DNA of 57,225 nt. Origin: a virus (lineage: Duplodnaviria; Caudoviricetes). The translations under genes and the position numbers were made by a program. The notes under the pieces are model-generated. The model was given only the letters and a program-made list of their open reading frames with translations. It was not told the DNA's origin and did not search any database. The stretch covers positions 1-57,225 of IMG/VR virus record IMGVR_UViG_3300012952_000001, one strand, 5' to 3'. This document shows, one piece after another, positions 40,218 to 50,137 of this stretch (position 1 is its first letter; every line of letters begins with the position of its first letter).

Positions 40218-40461
40218 GTTTTATCCTGACTAATTTATTTAAATACCACTGGGCTTTTTTTAAATCCTCTATGCCATTTTTATATCTATATCTCCAAAGG
40301 TATTTAATTATATTGCCCTGTAAATAATACTCAAAGCCTTCATCTGTAGCAGCTTCTATGGCATCAATACACTCTATACCTTTTTGGTTGTAATGTGGTG
40401 GATGATTAACCATATCAGCTGTATCCTTTTGAAAATCAATTAAATCTTTAATATTAGCCAT
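40201..40461 (-). CDS. DUF3310 / T7 gp1.7-like protein
   Basis: DMVNHPPHY...IECID...GN.IKY.WR...KNG.EDL.KA.WY. Confidence 0.85.
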   Translation of the reverse strand: MANIKDLIDFQKDTADMVNHPPHYNQKGIECIDAIEAATDEGFEYYLQGNIIKYLWRYRYKNGIEDLKKAQWYLNKLVRIKHGNES

Positions 40462-40784
40462 TAAGCACTCCCATTAGTTTTAGATTTAAAATTTAAGTTT
40501 ATCACATTACCCTGCTTACTTACAATCTTTTTAGTAGACTTATTACTTTTTTGTTCTACTTTCATATACTTTTCTAATTCTACAATTATATCAGGGTTGT
40601 CATCCATGTAAGGAACTACAGAGGATATTAGTTGGCATAAATGAAATATTTGATTATACCCATCATCATCTATAGGATTTACATTTGATGTAACAATATT
40701 AACTTGTAATGTACCTAACCAATTTTTATTTTTATCTAAGTCAGGTACAAGCTGTATATAAAAATCTTCGTTGTTTATCCGCAT
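40461..40784 (-). CDS. Hypothetical protein
   Basis: 107 aa; ends GNVINLNF.SKT.GSA. Confidence 0.7.
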   Translation of the reverse strand: MRINNEDFYIQLVPDLDKNKNWLGTLQVNIVTSNVNPIDDDGYNQIFHLCQLISSVVPYMDDNPDIIVELEKYMKVEQKSNKSTKKIVSKQGNVINLNFKSKTNGSA

Positions 40785-40785
40785 G

Positions 40786-41238
40786 CTATCTCCTTATTTT
40801 TTTATTTTTATATTTTATAAATTTAGGATACTTATTACTACCCTTTTCTTTTAACCAGTCTTCAGGTATTATTCTGTCAAAGTACCTAAAACCATGTTTA
40901 ATACACCACTCTGCATATGAAGACTTAGCTCCTTTACGTAACTTATTTCTACTATTTGTAAAGATAAATCTTATGTCTAATTCAGGATGTTGCTTTTTGA
41001 TAGCGAGATGTTTTCTCCTATCTAATGCGATAAACCTTCCTTTTGTTTCTATTATTATTCCATTATCCAATATAAAATCAGGGGTATAGGTGCGATATGC
41101 GAGGTCTTCCCACTCAATCTTAATTTTTTCATATAGGAAATTGACGTTTTGTTTTATAAGATAAGTAGCAACTTTATCCTCTAAACCACTCCTATACCCA
41201 TGTTTACGTGCTATTTGGGTAGCACTATACGCTGACAT
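40786..41238 (-). CDS. Endonuclease I (T7 gp3-like Holliday junction resolvase)
   Basis: YRSGLE...YTPDF.L.NGIIIETKG...HPELDIRF. Confidence 0.92.
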   Translation of the reverse strand: MSAYSATQIARKHGYRSGLEDKVATYLIKQNVNFLYEKIKIEWEDLAYRTYTPDFILDNGIIIETKGRFIALDRRKHLAIKKQHPELDIRFIFTNSRNKLRKGAKSSYAEWCIKHGFRYFDRIIPEDWLKEKGSNKYPKFIKYKNKKIRR

Positions 41239-41442
41239 TTATAACCAATAACGATAGGTTGCAGTGTCATAACCAAGAGCTTTCATCTCGTCACGTACTA
41301 GTTTTTCAGCTTCTTTTTTTTGTTCTAGTGCATGACGTAAGCCTTCGGTTCTACGTTCGCGATATTCTTTTTTAAGTTCAAAGAGTTCTTTTTCTTTTTC
41401 CTTAATCATTTCTGCCATATCATCTGCTTTAAAATCTGACAT
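41239..41442 (-). CDS. Small coiled-coil protein
   Basis: 67 aa, coupled to its neighbours. Confidence 0.65.
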   Translation of the reverse strand: MSDFKADDMAEMIKEKEKELFELKKEYRERRTEGLRHALEQKKEAEKLVRDEMKALGYDTATYRYWL

Positions 41443-42191
41443 TATTTATCTCCCCATATTTTCTTTGCTTCTTTCTTTAAGTAATCACTCCAAGTCCATG
41501 AATCATAGTTTGGATAGATTAAAGAAGCTAGCTCATGTTTGTCATTACTAATAGACAAAAACTTCTGTATACTAAAAGCTACCTTTTTAAGTTGATTTTT
41601 ATATACAGATAAATTTTTAAGCGTAAACTTTTTATAATCTTTTGGTGTAGCAAAAAATAAATCTACACTATTATTTGGGTATGCCATAGAATACAATGCC
41701 ATCTGTCTTCTTTGTGCTTCAGTAGGTTGACTTGGCATTCTCGTAGATGTTTTTAAATCAACAATCTTGTCTTTAAATCTAAAGTCAATGTACCCAATTA
41801 CAGGAACAGGCATATCATCAAACTGTACTTCAACTTTTTCTTGATATTCTTCTAAATTTTCATACTTAAAATTTTTATCAAGAATGTCACCAAACTTTCT
41901 AAGTAAACCTTTTTCTTTAGCTACTTTAGGATTGTTTAAATTAATATTAGATTCTGCACACATATCCATAAATTGTATTTCTAATAAATTAAAATCAAAC
42001 TTTCCTGTAGTGTACTTATTAGCTAGCACAGCTTCTTGTACAGTACCTCTGATAGCACCTGCTCCACTACCTGATTTAATACCAAATAGATACCTAGCTA
42101 CCCACATAGGCATATCGCTTATGTAGGTATTCATGCTGCTAGGTGATAGGTAGTTAATGTTATGCACCTCAAAAGGATTATTTTTTAACAT
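41442..42191 (-). CDS. PD-(D/E)XK (RecB-like) exonuclease
   Basis: LSPSS, GYID, IVDLKT, Q.ALY. Confidence 0.85.
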   Translation of the reverse strand: MLKNNPFEVHNINYLSPSSMNTYISDMPMWVARYLFGIKSGSGAGAIRGTVQEAVLANKYTTGKFDFNLLEIQFMDMCAESNINLNNPKVAKEKGLLRKFGDILDKNFKYENLEEYQEKVEVQFDDMPVPVIGYIDFRFKDKIVDLKTSTRMPSQPTEAQRRQMALYSMAYPNNSVDLFFATPKDYKKFTLKNLSVYKNQLKKVAFSIQKFLSISNDKHELASLIYPNYDSWTWSDYLKKEAKKIWGDK

Positions 42192-42195
42192 TAGT

Positions 42196-43125
42196 TTACG
42201 CTACCTCAGTGTCGTCAATGTCTACGAAAGACTCTACAGTTTTCATGTCGTTTTTTGATGGCTCTGCATCTGCAGACTTTTCAGACCATTGTGTGTTGAC
42301 ATAATCATTATAGTTTTTAATATATTCCATAAAGTCTTTAAACACTTCTTGGTCAGAGTCTACAATATCAATAGAGTTTTTCATATCGACAGTGGCGACT
42401 GGTGTATAGTAACTAGTGCCATTAGGCAATTCATTCTTTTCAGTTACTAAACTTATATTGTGTTGAATAGGCAATCTCTTTTTCTTTTCAACTTCAGATA
42501 ATACCTCTCCTAAATGAGCGACAGCATTTCTATTATCTATCTCCCATATCACATGTGTAGTATCTAATTTAGTAGGTTTACCGTCTGAATCAACAGGGTC
42601 TACTAGAGTTGCATATCCAAACAAGACTCTTACTTTTCTTATTTGTCTAAGTAAGTCTTGCATGTTTTGAGGAAGTGCTTTAAAGTCTTTTACATAACCT
42701 GAAGGTTTGCCACAATTAAAACCACCCATATTATCCTTTAAATCAAAAGATAAACTATCTGCCATTAATGTTCTATGGAAAGAACCTTTTGGCTCATTAG
42801 GTTTAGGGTTTTTATTGGCAACAAATCTTCGCCACATAAATCTTTGTGCAAAGACTCTAAAGGTTGCCGACTTAGAAAATATAAAAGTCGAATCACCGCC
42901 CTCTTCTTTTGAAGGTATTTCCAGTCTGTATGAACCACCTTCAACAACTTCTACATTAGCAGTTTTACCATTAACTTTGGCTTGTCCCATAATAGGTTGA
43001 TGCCATATCCTAAATCTAGGAAGTATAACTGCTTTCGCAGAAGATTTTTTGTTTTCGCTAGCAAAGCCCATAGCTTTTGCCATTACTGCGTAATTATCAG
43101 TATTAATATTCATTATATCATTCAT
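42196..43125 (-). CDS. Putative single-stranded DNA-binding protein
   Basis: Directly downstream of the polymerase; acidic C-terminal tail; FNCGKP motif. Confidence 0.55.
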   Translation of the reverse strand: MNDIMNINTDNYAVMAKAMGFASENKKSSAKAVILPRFRIWHQPIMGQAKVNGKTANVEVVEGGSYRLEIPSKEEGGDSTFIFSKSATFRVFAQRFMWRRFVANKNPKPNEPKGSFHRTLMADSLSFDLKDNMGGFNCGKPSGYVKDFKALPQNMQDLLRQIRKVRVLFGYATLVDPVDSDGKPTKLDTTHVIWEIDNRNAVAHLGEVLSEVEKKKRLPIQHNISLVTEKNELPNGTSYYTPVATVDMKNSIDIVDSDQEVFKDFMEYIKNYNDYVNTQWSEKSADAEPSKNDMKTVESFVDIDDTEVA

Positions 43126-43154
43126 ATATAATATCTCCTTTAATAAGTTTTTAT

Positions 43155-43183
43155 GTTATATCACAAAACATCCACTGTGTCAA
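43155..43183 (-). promoter_or_regulatory. sigma70-type promoter
   Basis: Minus strand TTGACA-17 bp-TATAAC, upstream of the AAGGAG RBS of the SSB-like gene. Confidence 0.65.
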
Positions 43184-45200
43184 GCCAATTTTTACCTATT
43201 TTTGCTTCTAGTGCTAAAGGCACATTAAATACTATGTTCCACTTATTTTGTATTAAGTCAGTAAGTATTTTATTTGTTGAGTCAATTATATAGATAACTT
43301 GGTTTTCCTCTTGTGGATGTACATCAATAACTATACTGTCGTGTACAGTATTGACAATGCAAGATTTCATATCTGTAAGTCTTTTCTCTATATAAAGTAA
43401 AGCGACTGGTACAATATCAGCCGTAGCAAAAGACTGCACAGGGTAATTCTTTATCTGTGTAAAGTGAGATACTCCACCTCGCATTCTTCTTTCTACATCA
43501 GGAAAAGCAAACTGCCTACCTGACGGTGTGGTAATTTTACCTGTGTTTAAAGCCTCCTTAGCCAATTTATTATGCCAAAGCGAGATACCCTTGTACTTGT
43601 CCGTGAACTGTTCATAATATGCTGCTTCAGCAGTTGTCCTCCCAAACCCTGTAGCTCCGTAGAGTGGTGCGAACGTATGAGCCTTTCCTTCCTGACGAGT
43701 GGTAGCCTGCCCATTATCCGAAATAACTTTCGCGGTATATGCGTGAACATCGAAACCATTTTCTATCTCCTTTATTGCTGTTTTATCTTGTGATAAGAAA
43801 GCTGCTGCCCTAAACTCTAACTGAGCAAAGTCAGCTTCTAATATCATGCCTTTAGTCCACTGTGATTTAAATACTCTTTTTACAGGGAATGTACCACCTC
43901 TCGGCATGTTCTGCATGTTAGGGTCTGCCCCACTTAATCTACCTGTAGATGTTCTGTGTTGCAATAATCTTACATGCAACTTACCATCAGGTTTTATGTG
44001 TGTTTTAATACCCTCTACAAAGGAAGATAAGTATGTGTCTACTGCACTTAGTCTTCTTACTTTATATAAGAACTCTTCTGCTGTCTTCAATCCCCTTTGC
44101 TTTGCAGCTTTTTCTAATACCTCTAAGTTAGCCTTAGATGTACTAAAACCATGTGCGCTTACCCATTTAGATTTAGGCGCATTAAACTTTAATCCTGCCT
44201 GCTCATTTGTAGGAATAAAATGATAACCTTGTGTATCACAAGAAGGACATCTAGATGGTTTAGCATATGGGCTACCATCTTTTTTAGTCTTTGTATAATA
44301 ACCTTTACCTCTACAATTACTACATTGTTTAGCTTTAGTTTTGTACACAACTTGACTATTCATACTTACTTCTTTTCTAAAGTCTGACGTATGCATATTA
44401 GGTACAAAATTGCTTGACCAGGTAGCTTTATCCTGGGGTTTTCTACTGTATATAACTGTAGATAGTTGCTCAGGACTATTTAAATTAATAGGTGTATCTC
44501 CCATTAATTCAGATACCATATTAGATAAATCTTTTTGTAGCTGTAATTGCTCTTGTTCAAACTCTATTTGCACATTATCTAAAGCATCGGTATCTACCGA
44601 AAACCCTCTTTGATATATCTTAGCAATAACTAAACACAGGTCATTAGTTAAGTCTACTGTTTTTGCTAAAGGCATTGCGTCATTATTTAAACGATTACAT
44701 ATTTTATCATGTAACTGTTTAGTAGCATGTAAGTCAGAAGATAAGTAACTAGATAACTCATCAAAAGGAATATCCCTAGTAGTATAACCCTTTTTAAAAT
44801 ATTCTTTTAGAGTATCTTGTTTTCTAGTTTCTAATCTATATCTTTCAGCACAGGCTTCTAAAGATAACGGTTCTTTTATACCACGTTGTAATACATATTC
44901 GCCTAGCATAGTATCAAATACTTTACCGTTGTAACTAAATCCTGACTCCCATAACCATACTAAATCATATGCTATGTTATGTCCTACAAGTAAAGTAGTC
45001 TTGTCTAAAGCATTCTGTACCAAATTAGTACCATTTAAAGTATTAGATTTTTCTGCATGGTCAAATACAACTTGTACTTCTTTACCTTCTTCCATAAGCA
45101 TACCAACCATCACTAAAGAATTAGTAGGCTCAAAAGGGTCTAGGTGCATTTTACCATCACGATTGGTAACTGTGTTTTCTACATCAAGGACTAACTTCAT
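43161..45200 (-). CDS. polA: Family A DNA polymerase with DnaJ-like Zn-finger insert
   Basis: Exonuclease DVE/HN..YD; TGRLS..PN.QN; motif A EADFAQLE; motif B K..TF..LYG; motif C VHDS; CSNCRGKG...CPSCDTQG. Confidence 0.95.
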   Translation of the reverse strand: MKLVLDVENTVTNRDGKMHLDPFEPTNSLVMVGMLMEEGKEVQVVFDHAEKSNTLNGTNLVQNALDKTTLLVGHNIAYDLVWLWESGFSYNGKVFDTMLGEYVLQRGIKEPLSLEACAERYRLETRKQDTLKEYFKKGYTTRDIPFDELSSYLSSDLHATKQLHDKICNRLNNDAMPLAKTVDLTNDLCLVIAKIYQRGFSVDTDALDNVQIEFEQEQLQLQKDLSNMVSELMGDTPINLNSPEQLSTVIYSRKPQDKATWSSNFVPNMHTSDFRKEVSMNSQVVYKTKAKQCSNCRGKGYYTKTKKDGSPYAKPSRCPSCDTQGYHFIPTNEQAGLKFNAPKSKWVSAHGFSTSKANLEVLEKAAKQRGLKTAEEFLYKVRRLSAVDTYLSSFVEGIKTHIKPDGKLHVRLLQHRTSTGRLSGADPNMQNMPRGGTFPVKRVFKSQWTKGMILEADFAQLEFRAAAFLSQDKTAIKEIENGFDVHAYTAKVISDNGQATTRQEGKAHTFAPLYGATGFGRTTAEAAYYEQFTDKYKGISLWHNKLAKEALNTGKITTPSGRQFAFPDVERRMRGGVSHFTQIKNYPVQSFATADIVPVALLYIEKRLTDMKSCIVNTVHDSIVIDVHPQEENQVIYIIDSTNKILTDLIQNKWNIVFNVPLALEAKIGKNWLDTVDVL

Positions 45201-46423
45201 TACTCTTCATACCTTCCTACTTCATAGTTAAGCTCGCAGGTAACAATACCATGCCAACCTGTTAGTTTATTCTTTACCACGTTTATATGCCTTTGTAAAT
45301 CTTCTTCATCTCCCTCATTCTTCATAGGGTTTTTAGATACTAGTAGCATTAAGTCAGCTTCAGCGGCTTTACCTGTACGACTACCTTCCATCATACTTTG
45401 ATTAAGAATAATCTTACCCTCAGCTTCTGCTGATAACTGTGACATATAAAACACAGCGCACTGGTATTCTTTAGCTATTTGTCTAGCATGTATTGCATTT
45501 ACTTTTAATGCTTCATCTGCTCTAGCAAAACCACCCATCTTAGCAAACTTATCTCCCATATCTAGTACAAGTATGTCAGGTTTAAATGTCTTACATACAC
45601 TTTCTACCCAAGACATATCTCTTGATGTAGCATCTTTTATTTTAATATTATCTCGTACAGGGCTATAAGCATCTCCTGCTTTTATCATGTTATGTTGAAT
45701 CTCTCCAACAGTCATACCTGATGCAGCAGTAAGATACCTAGCGCCTACACGATGGGCAGCTTCTTCATTACAAAGTATTACACACTTAGCTCCCTGTCTA
45801 GCAAAACCATTTATTCCTGCAATCATACTTGCGTGAAAAGATGTCTTACCAGTATTAGGTCTAGCGCCTACTTCTATAAGATGCCCTGCATTTACACCTG
45901 CTACTTTTCTAGATAAACTAGGAATATTAAACTTCCATCTAGTCTCCATATCATTTTTAGATAAAAGAGTTTCAATAGATATGTCTTCCCATTCTATATT
46001 TAAGTTAGGTGTAAAGTCATCACTATATTGTTCTAATATATTACGTAGTGGTTCTAAACTATTCTTTGTACCATTAACATAATCAAAGCCTATGTTGGCT
46101 ATGTCTTCACCAATAACTTGTTGAAATAGTTTAGATAAAACTTCTTGGGCTACGTCTGTACCCATAGCTTCTTCTTTCTTTATCTGTCTAAATAAAGTAT
46201 CGTAGCTAGTTTTTTGTGATGTAGTAAGAGTAGGATTACTAGATATAAACAATGCTTCAATTTCATCAGGGGTAACACTTCTTTCATATCTACCCATAGC
46301 ATCATCTATAGCTGACTTAATCTTACGAACATCTTTGCTAAATAGTCTGTCAGGACATTTAGAACCTCTATGCTCATCATAAAAGTTTTTGTCCATCAAA
46401 CTTCGTATTAAGGCTAGTTCCAT
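45200..46423 (-). CDS. DnaB-like SF4 replicative helicase
   Basis: GARPNTGKT, NEE, LD, SQL, K..EAD, KNK. Confidence 0.9.
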   Translation of the reverse strand: MELALIRSLMDKNFYDEHRGSKCPDRLFSKDVRKIKSAIDDAMGRYERSVTPDEIEALFISSNPTLTTSQKTSYDTLFRQIKKEEAMGTDVAQEVLSKLFQQVIGEDIANIGFDYVNGTKNSLEPLRNILEQYSDDFTPNLNIEWEDISIETLLSKNDMETRWKFNIPSLSRKVAGVNAGHLIEVGARPNTGKTSFHASMIAGINGFARQGAKCVILCNEEAAHRVGARYLTAASGMTVGEIQHNMIKAGDAYSPVRDNIKIKDATSRDMSWVESVCKTFKPDILVLDMGDKFAKMGGFARADEALKVNAIHARQIAKEYQCAVFYMSQLSAEAEGKIILNQSMMEGSRTGKAAEADLMLLVSKNPMKNEGDEEDLQRHINVVKNKLTGWHGIVTCELNYEVGRYEE

Positions 46424-47178
46424 GCCATCTCCTTTAGTTTGTTAATGTCAGTTTCGTTTTCATACTTTAAGTCATCTATTATATTTAAAATTTTTACATT
46501 GTCAACCCAACCACGTAATTCTTTAGCCATTGCCATAGTCTTGGGCAAAGCGTCAGGGTCTAGTGCTACAATAACTTTTTTAAATACACTTAGATATTTT
46601 CTGTATTCTTCAAGCAAACTTGTACCTAAAATGGCTACAGCAGGGACACCTTGTTTAGCACAGACTAAAGCGCTAATGCAGTCCTCTACAACGACACATA
46701 CATCTGACGCGTCGTGAGGACTGGTGATGATAGTACCTGCCCCATCTAAAGCTATAAAATATGGCACTCTACTTTTCCCATACCGTTTCCATTTAGGTAG
46801 TTTGTACTTGCTTTCAGCTTTACCTACAGCATCAACTAGTACACCCTTTTCATCATGTATAAGATAGACGACTCTATTATCTTTTACATCATACATAGTA
46901 TGTCTAGACTTTTTAACTATGTATTCAGGTAATTCAAAGGGTTCTTGCTTTTGTGCTTCACTGTTACGTGAGTCAGCTATTTTACGCATGTCTTCTATAG
47001 ACATATGCATTCTAGCCCTACCACTAGCGTCGCACGATGCCTTAAAACAATTCCATAGCCTTGTACCCATGCTATTTGTAACAGTAAATGTCTTTAAACC
47101 ATTACACATGGGACAATTTATTCGCATAGTCTCATTTACAGGCAAATCTAAATCACGAACATATTCGTATAAGTTCAT
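46414..47178 (-). CDS. DNA primase (Zn finger plus TOPRIM)
   Basis: CPMC...CFKASC; VVED; AILGT; ALDPD. Confidence 0.85.
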   Translation of the reverse strand: MNLYEYVRDLDLPVNETMRINCPMCNGLKTFTVTNSMGTRLWNCFKASCDASGRARMHMSIEDMRKIADSRNSEAQKQEPFELPEYIVKKSRHTMYDVKDNRVVYLIHDEKGVLVDAVGKAESKYKLPKWKRYGKSRVPYFIALDGAGTIITSPHDASDVCVVVEDCISALVCAKQGVPAVAILGTSLLEEYRKYLSVFKKVIVALDPDALPKTMAMAKELRGWVDNVKILNIIDDLKYENETDINKLKEMAWN

Positions 47179-47966
47179 GCAATCTCCATAAGTTTATTAG
47201 GATTGTCATAGATTGTGTCAACTTTTGGGTGTTCTATATCAGTAAATTCCAAGTCACAAAAGTTACCACAGTCAGGCATAACCATAGGTGTGTGTCGACC
47301 TGCTTCAGGGTCTAACTCATCAAGAAATGTATGTCTAATACAAGAGTTACCCACATACCTTTCAGCCTTAGCCATCTTATCAAAATAGTCAGGGAAGTCC
47401 ACCCTAATCTTATTCCAATAGCCTTTACCACCCTTTACACAACCTATACAGTTATTATTTGTATAGCCAAGCGTATACATAAGTGGTCGTTCTATACCTT
47501 GTTTCTCTAGAAAATATAAACACTCAGGTTTAGTCATTTTACTATCTATTAGTGGAAACAAAGGCTTTGCATTAGGATATTGTTCTCTAAACCTAATAGC
47601 CCTATTTATTTCTTTCTTAGAATATTCAAAACCAAATATCTGTCCACTATAATCTAATTCTTTTTCTAGATTAATCCTAATCTTTTTCTTGAGTTCTAGT
47701 GTACACCTAGCACCACTTGGACCATTTACGTATCGTTCTTTATGTATTACGTCAAACTGGTCGCCATACTTTGCCGACTGTTTTACAACTATATCTCTAC
47801 CATACCACTCTTCACACTGTTCTTTAAATCTATTATTATCTTTGTGTGCTGAGTCAATATGAAAATAAATAGGCACTACATTATCTTTACCATATTTATC
47901 TATTGCTAGTTTAGTTGCAACAGCGCTAGTAACACCTGCACTCCACCAAGCTATTATCATTATCAA
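47175..47966 (-). CDS. PAPS-reductase-like PP-loop protein
   Basis: WWSAGVTSA PP-loop; ARCT.ELK; E..RA; NNCIGCVKGG. Confidence 0.75.
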   Translation of the reverse strand: MIMIIAWWSAGVTSAVATKLAIDKYGKDNVVPIYFHIDSAHKDNNRFKEQCEEWYGRDIVVKQSAKYGDQFDVIHKERYVNGPSGARCTLELKKKIRINLEKELDYSGQIFGFEYSKKEINRAIRFREQYPNAKPLFPLIDSKMTKPECLYFLEKQGIERPLMYTLGYTNNNCIGCVKGGKGYWNKIRVDFPDYFDKMAKAERYVGNSCIRHTFLDELDPEAGRHTPMVMPDCGNFCDLEFTDIEHPKVDTIYDNPNKLMEIA

Positions 47967-47986
47967 TCTCCTATATTATTAATATA

Positions 47987-48172
47987 TTACCCTCGGACAG
48001 CTGACTGTCTTATATACGATAAATCATCATCTGTCAAGCCCCTAATTTCAAAATCTTCAGATAATAAAAACTTATCTGCATGAAAATGACCTATATTTTC
48101 GTCATCTCTTTTTAAAAAGTCCTCCATTTCCTTAACAAAATTATCATTTTTAGTATTTTTATCCATTAGCAT
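47987..48172 (-). CDS. Small hypothetical protein
   Basis: 61-aa ORF overlapping the integrase stop. Confidence 0.45.
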   Translation of the reverse strand: MLMDKNTKNDNFVKEMEDFLKRDDENIGHFHADKFLLSEDFEIRGLTDDDLSYIRQSAVRG

Positions 48173-49259
48173 TCTCCTTTCTTAGTTTTAATGCGTTATT
48201 TGCACTAGCAAATGTATTTTTTAGATAAGGTTTTACACTTTGTGGGTTGACATGACCAGTCACCGACATAATTTGTCCCATACTGACCCCTGCATCAACC
48301 ATTTCCATCGTTCCTGTACGTCTTAGGTCCGATAATCTTAAATCTTGAGATAAACCTGCCTTATCCATTACTCTACGTGCAATATTAGGCAGTTTATATT
48401 GGCTGTAAGGGTTATAAGAGCCTCGTCTAGGAGAAGGATTGGGTACAACCCACTCTTGAAAGCCAAAATCATTCTCTTGCTCCCTTAACATCTCACATAA
48501 ATCGTCTTCTATAGGTAAAAATACCTTAGCTCGACGTTTAGATTGTTCTATATTAACTCTTTGTCTAGGTAAGTCAAGACTTGACCATTGCAATAAACGC
48601 ATATCACCAACTCTTTGACACCATTCGTATGACATCTGTGCTATAAGCCCTACGTTTCTAGTTTTAAAGTCAGAGTATGCTACTTCTAGAAATCTCATGA
48701 CATTTTCTTTTGTCCAAACAACTCTCCTAGATTGTGTAGCATGTTTCTTGACATTACTAAACGGATTTATCTCACAGTAGTCCATATTTATACCATGTGA
48801 GTACACAACTCGTGAACACGACATAACGTGGTTTGCCATATAAACGCCACGTTTACACCACATTTCATAAGCTGTCCTAGCCATGCCTGTGCTAATAGAA
48901 TTATATCTATGTAGACGTAGAGACCTGCCATTGACTACAGTATCTAACAGCACACCTAAAAAGTATTTATATTGTGCTTTAGTTTCATCACGTAACTCAT
49001 TGAATTCATACGATAAATAATAATCATGCACTAGACCATTTAAAGTTTTGTCACTCATTGCATTTGGTCTAGCTTTTAGTTGTTTTTCGTAATCTTTTAT
49101 TAAGGCATTTAACTTTGCACCCTGCTTGATAGCATCTGCCTTATTTGCACCTAAATTACATCTTTTAACAATCCCCTCCTCCACATAACGTGAAGGGGGG
49201 TTGTAACGATAATAGGTGCTACCATCAGTTAGTTTTGCCTGTCTTATATATTTTGTCAT
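48159..49259 (-). CDS. int: Tyrosine recombinase / integrase
   Basis: QRVGD (R), QSK, SDLRRT, TGH, Y; SAM-like core-binding region ending NPF. Confidence 0.88.
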   Translation of the reverse strand: MTKYIRQAKLTDGSTYYRYNPPSRYVEEGIVKRCNLGANKADAIKQGAKLNALIKDYEKQLKARPNAMSDKTLNGLVHDYYLSYEFNELRDETKAQYKYFLGVLLDTVVNGRSLRLHRYNSISTGMARTAYEMWCKRGVYMANHVMSCSRVVYSHGINMDYCEINPFSNVKKHATQSRRVVWTKENVMRFLEVAYSDFKTRNVGLIAQMSYEWCQRVGDMRLLQWSSLDLPRQRVNIEQSKRRAKVFLPIEDDLCEMLREQENDFGFQEWVVPNPSPRRGSYNPYSQYKLPNIARRVMDKAGLSQDLRLSDLRRTGTMEMVDAGVSMGQIMSVTGHVNPQSVKPYLKNTFASANNALKLRKENANG

Positions 49260-50119
49260 TAGGCAGCTTCTAGTTGTTTAAATTGTGGGCTAGCTATCCA
49301 CTTGGCTACTTCTTGCTCACGAAGCCACATAGTTTGGGCTTGTGTGTCATTACCAGTGTTTCTCATCCTAAACCCATTTCTCTCATCTGCATAACTTGCA
49401 TAGTTAGTAAAGGCACTATACAAAGCAAACACAGTTTTACCTCGCTTGGATACCTCTTGTTTGTACAAACCAAACATCTTCTCTGATTTACTTTCAGAAC
49501 CCATCAAAGAATCTAGCATAGCTTTAATATCAAACTTGCCTATAGGACTAAATGCCCATTGTTGAAACTTATCCATTTGAGTATCAAAGTCTCGCCTAGA
49601 ATTCTTAAGTTCATCTATAAATCTATCCATACTAAAGTTAGAGCTATTCTTTCTACGAACCTTGTCGTAGTCGCCTGTAATCATACCATTTGTACAAAAC
49701 GTATCTATCGCACCATAGTATACTTGATTAGAACACGAGCCATCAATGGCATGTAGTGCTATAAATCGTTGATTTACAGTAGTCTGGTGCTTATCCGACA
49801 CTATAGTACGTTGTACGTTGGGCAGGGTAATATCCATCATACCCCAAGAGTTATTCCTAGCACTTCGCCACGTTACTTTGGCATTATCTAGTTGGGAACT
49901 ATCTAAATTCTCAGTCATAGCATCTTCTACACCCTGAAAAAAGGGGCGATGGTCTGCACAACTAAAATTGTGACCAACAACACCCAAGTATTCACCTGTT
50001 ACGTCGTTGATAACATATTTTTTATCTTGAACCTTAGTTGGCTCAAATTGCACACCAAAATCTAACTTAGTTGGCATGTCTAGTAGTAAGTTATTATCAT
50101 TTACAAAATCTAATGGCAT
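49259..50119 (-). CDS. DUF932 family protein
   Basis: LGVVG..., DGS, FCTNGM, T..ALY.AFT.Y. Confidence 0.7.
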   Translation of the reverse strand: MPLDFVNDNNLLLDMPTKLDFGVQFEPTKVQDKKYVINDVTGEYLGVVGHNFSCADHRPFFQGVEDAMTENLDSSQLDNAKVTWRSARNNSWGMMDITLPNVQRTIVSDKHQTTVNQRFIALHAIDGSCSNQVYYGAIDTFCTNGMITGDYDKVRRKNSSNFSMDRFIDELKNSRRDFDTQMDKFQQWAFSPIGKFDIKAMLDSLMGSESKSEKMFGLYKQEVSKRGKTVFALYSAFTNYASYADERNGFRMRNTGNDTQAQTMWLREQEVAKWIASPQFKQLEAA

Positions 50120-50137
50120 ATTTATCTCCTTTGCCTG

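Noticed and set aside
38066-45200. Inteins or introns in RNR or DNA polymerase
   Set aside because: Both ORFs are continuous and of normal length with no splicing motifs; the polymerase insert is a Zn finger.
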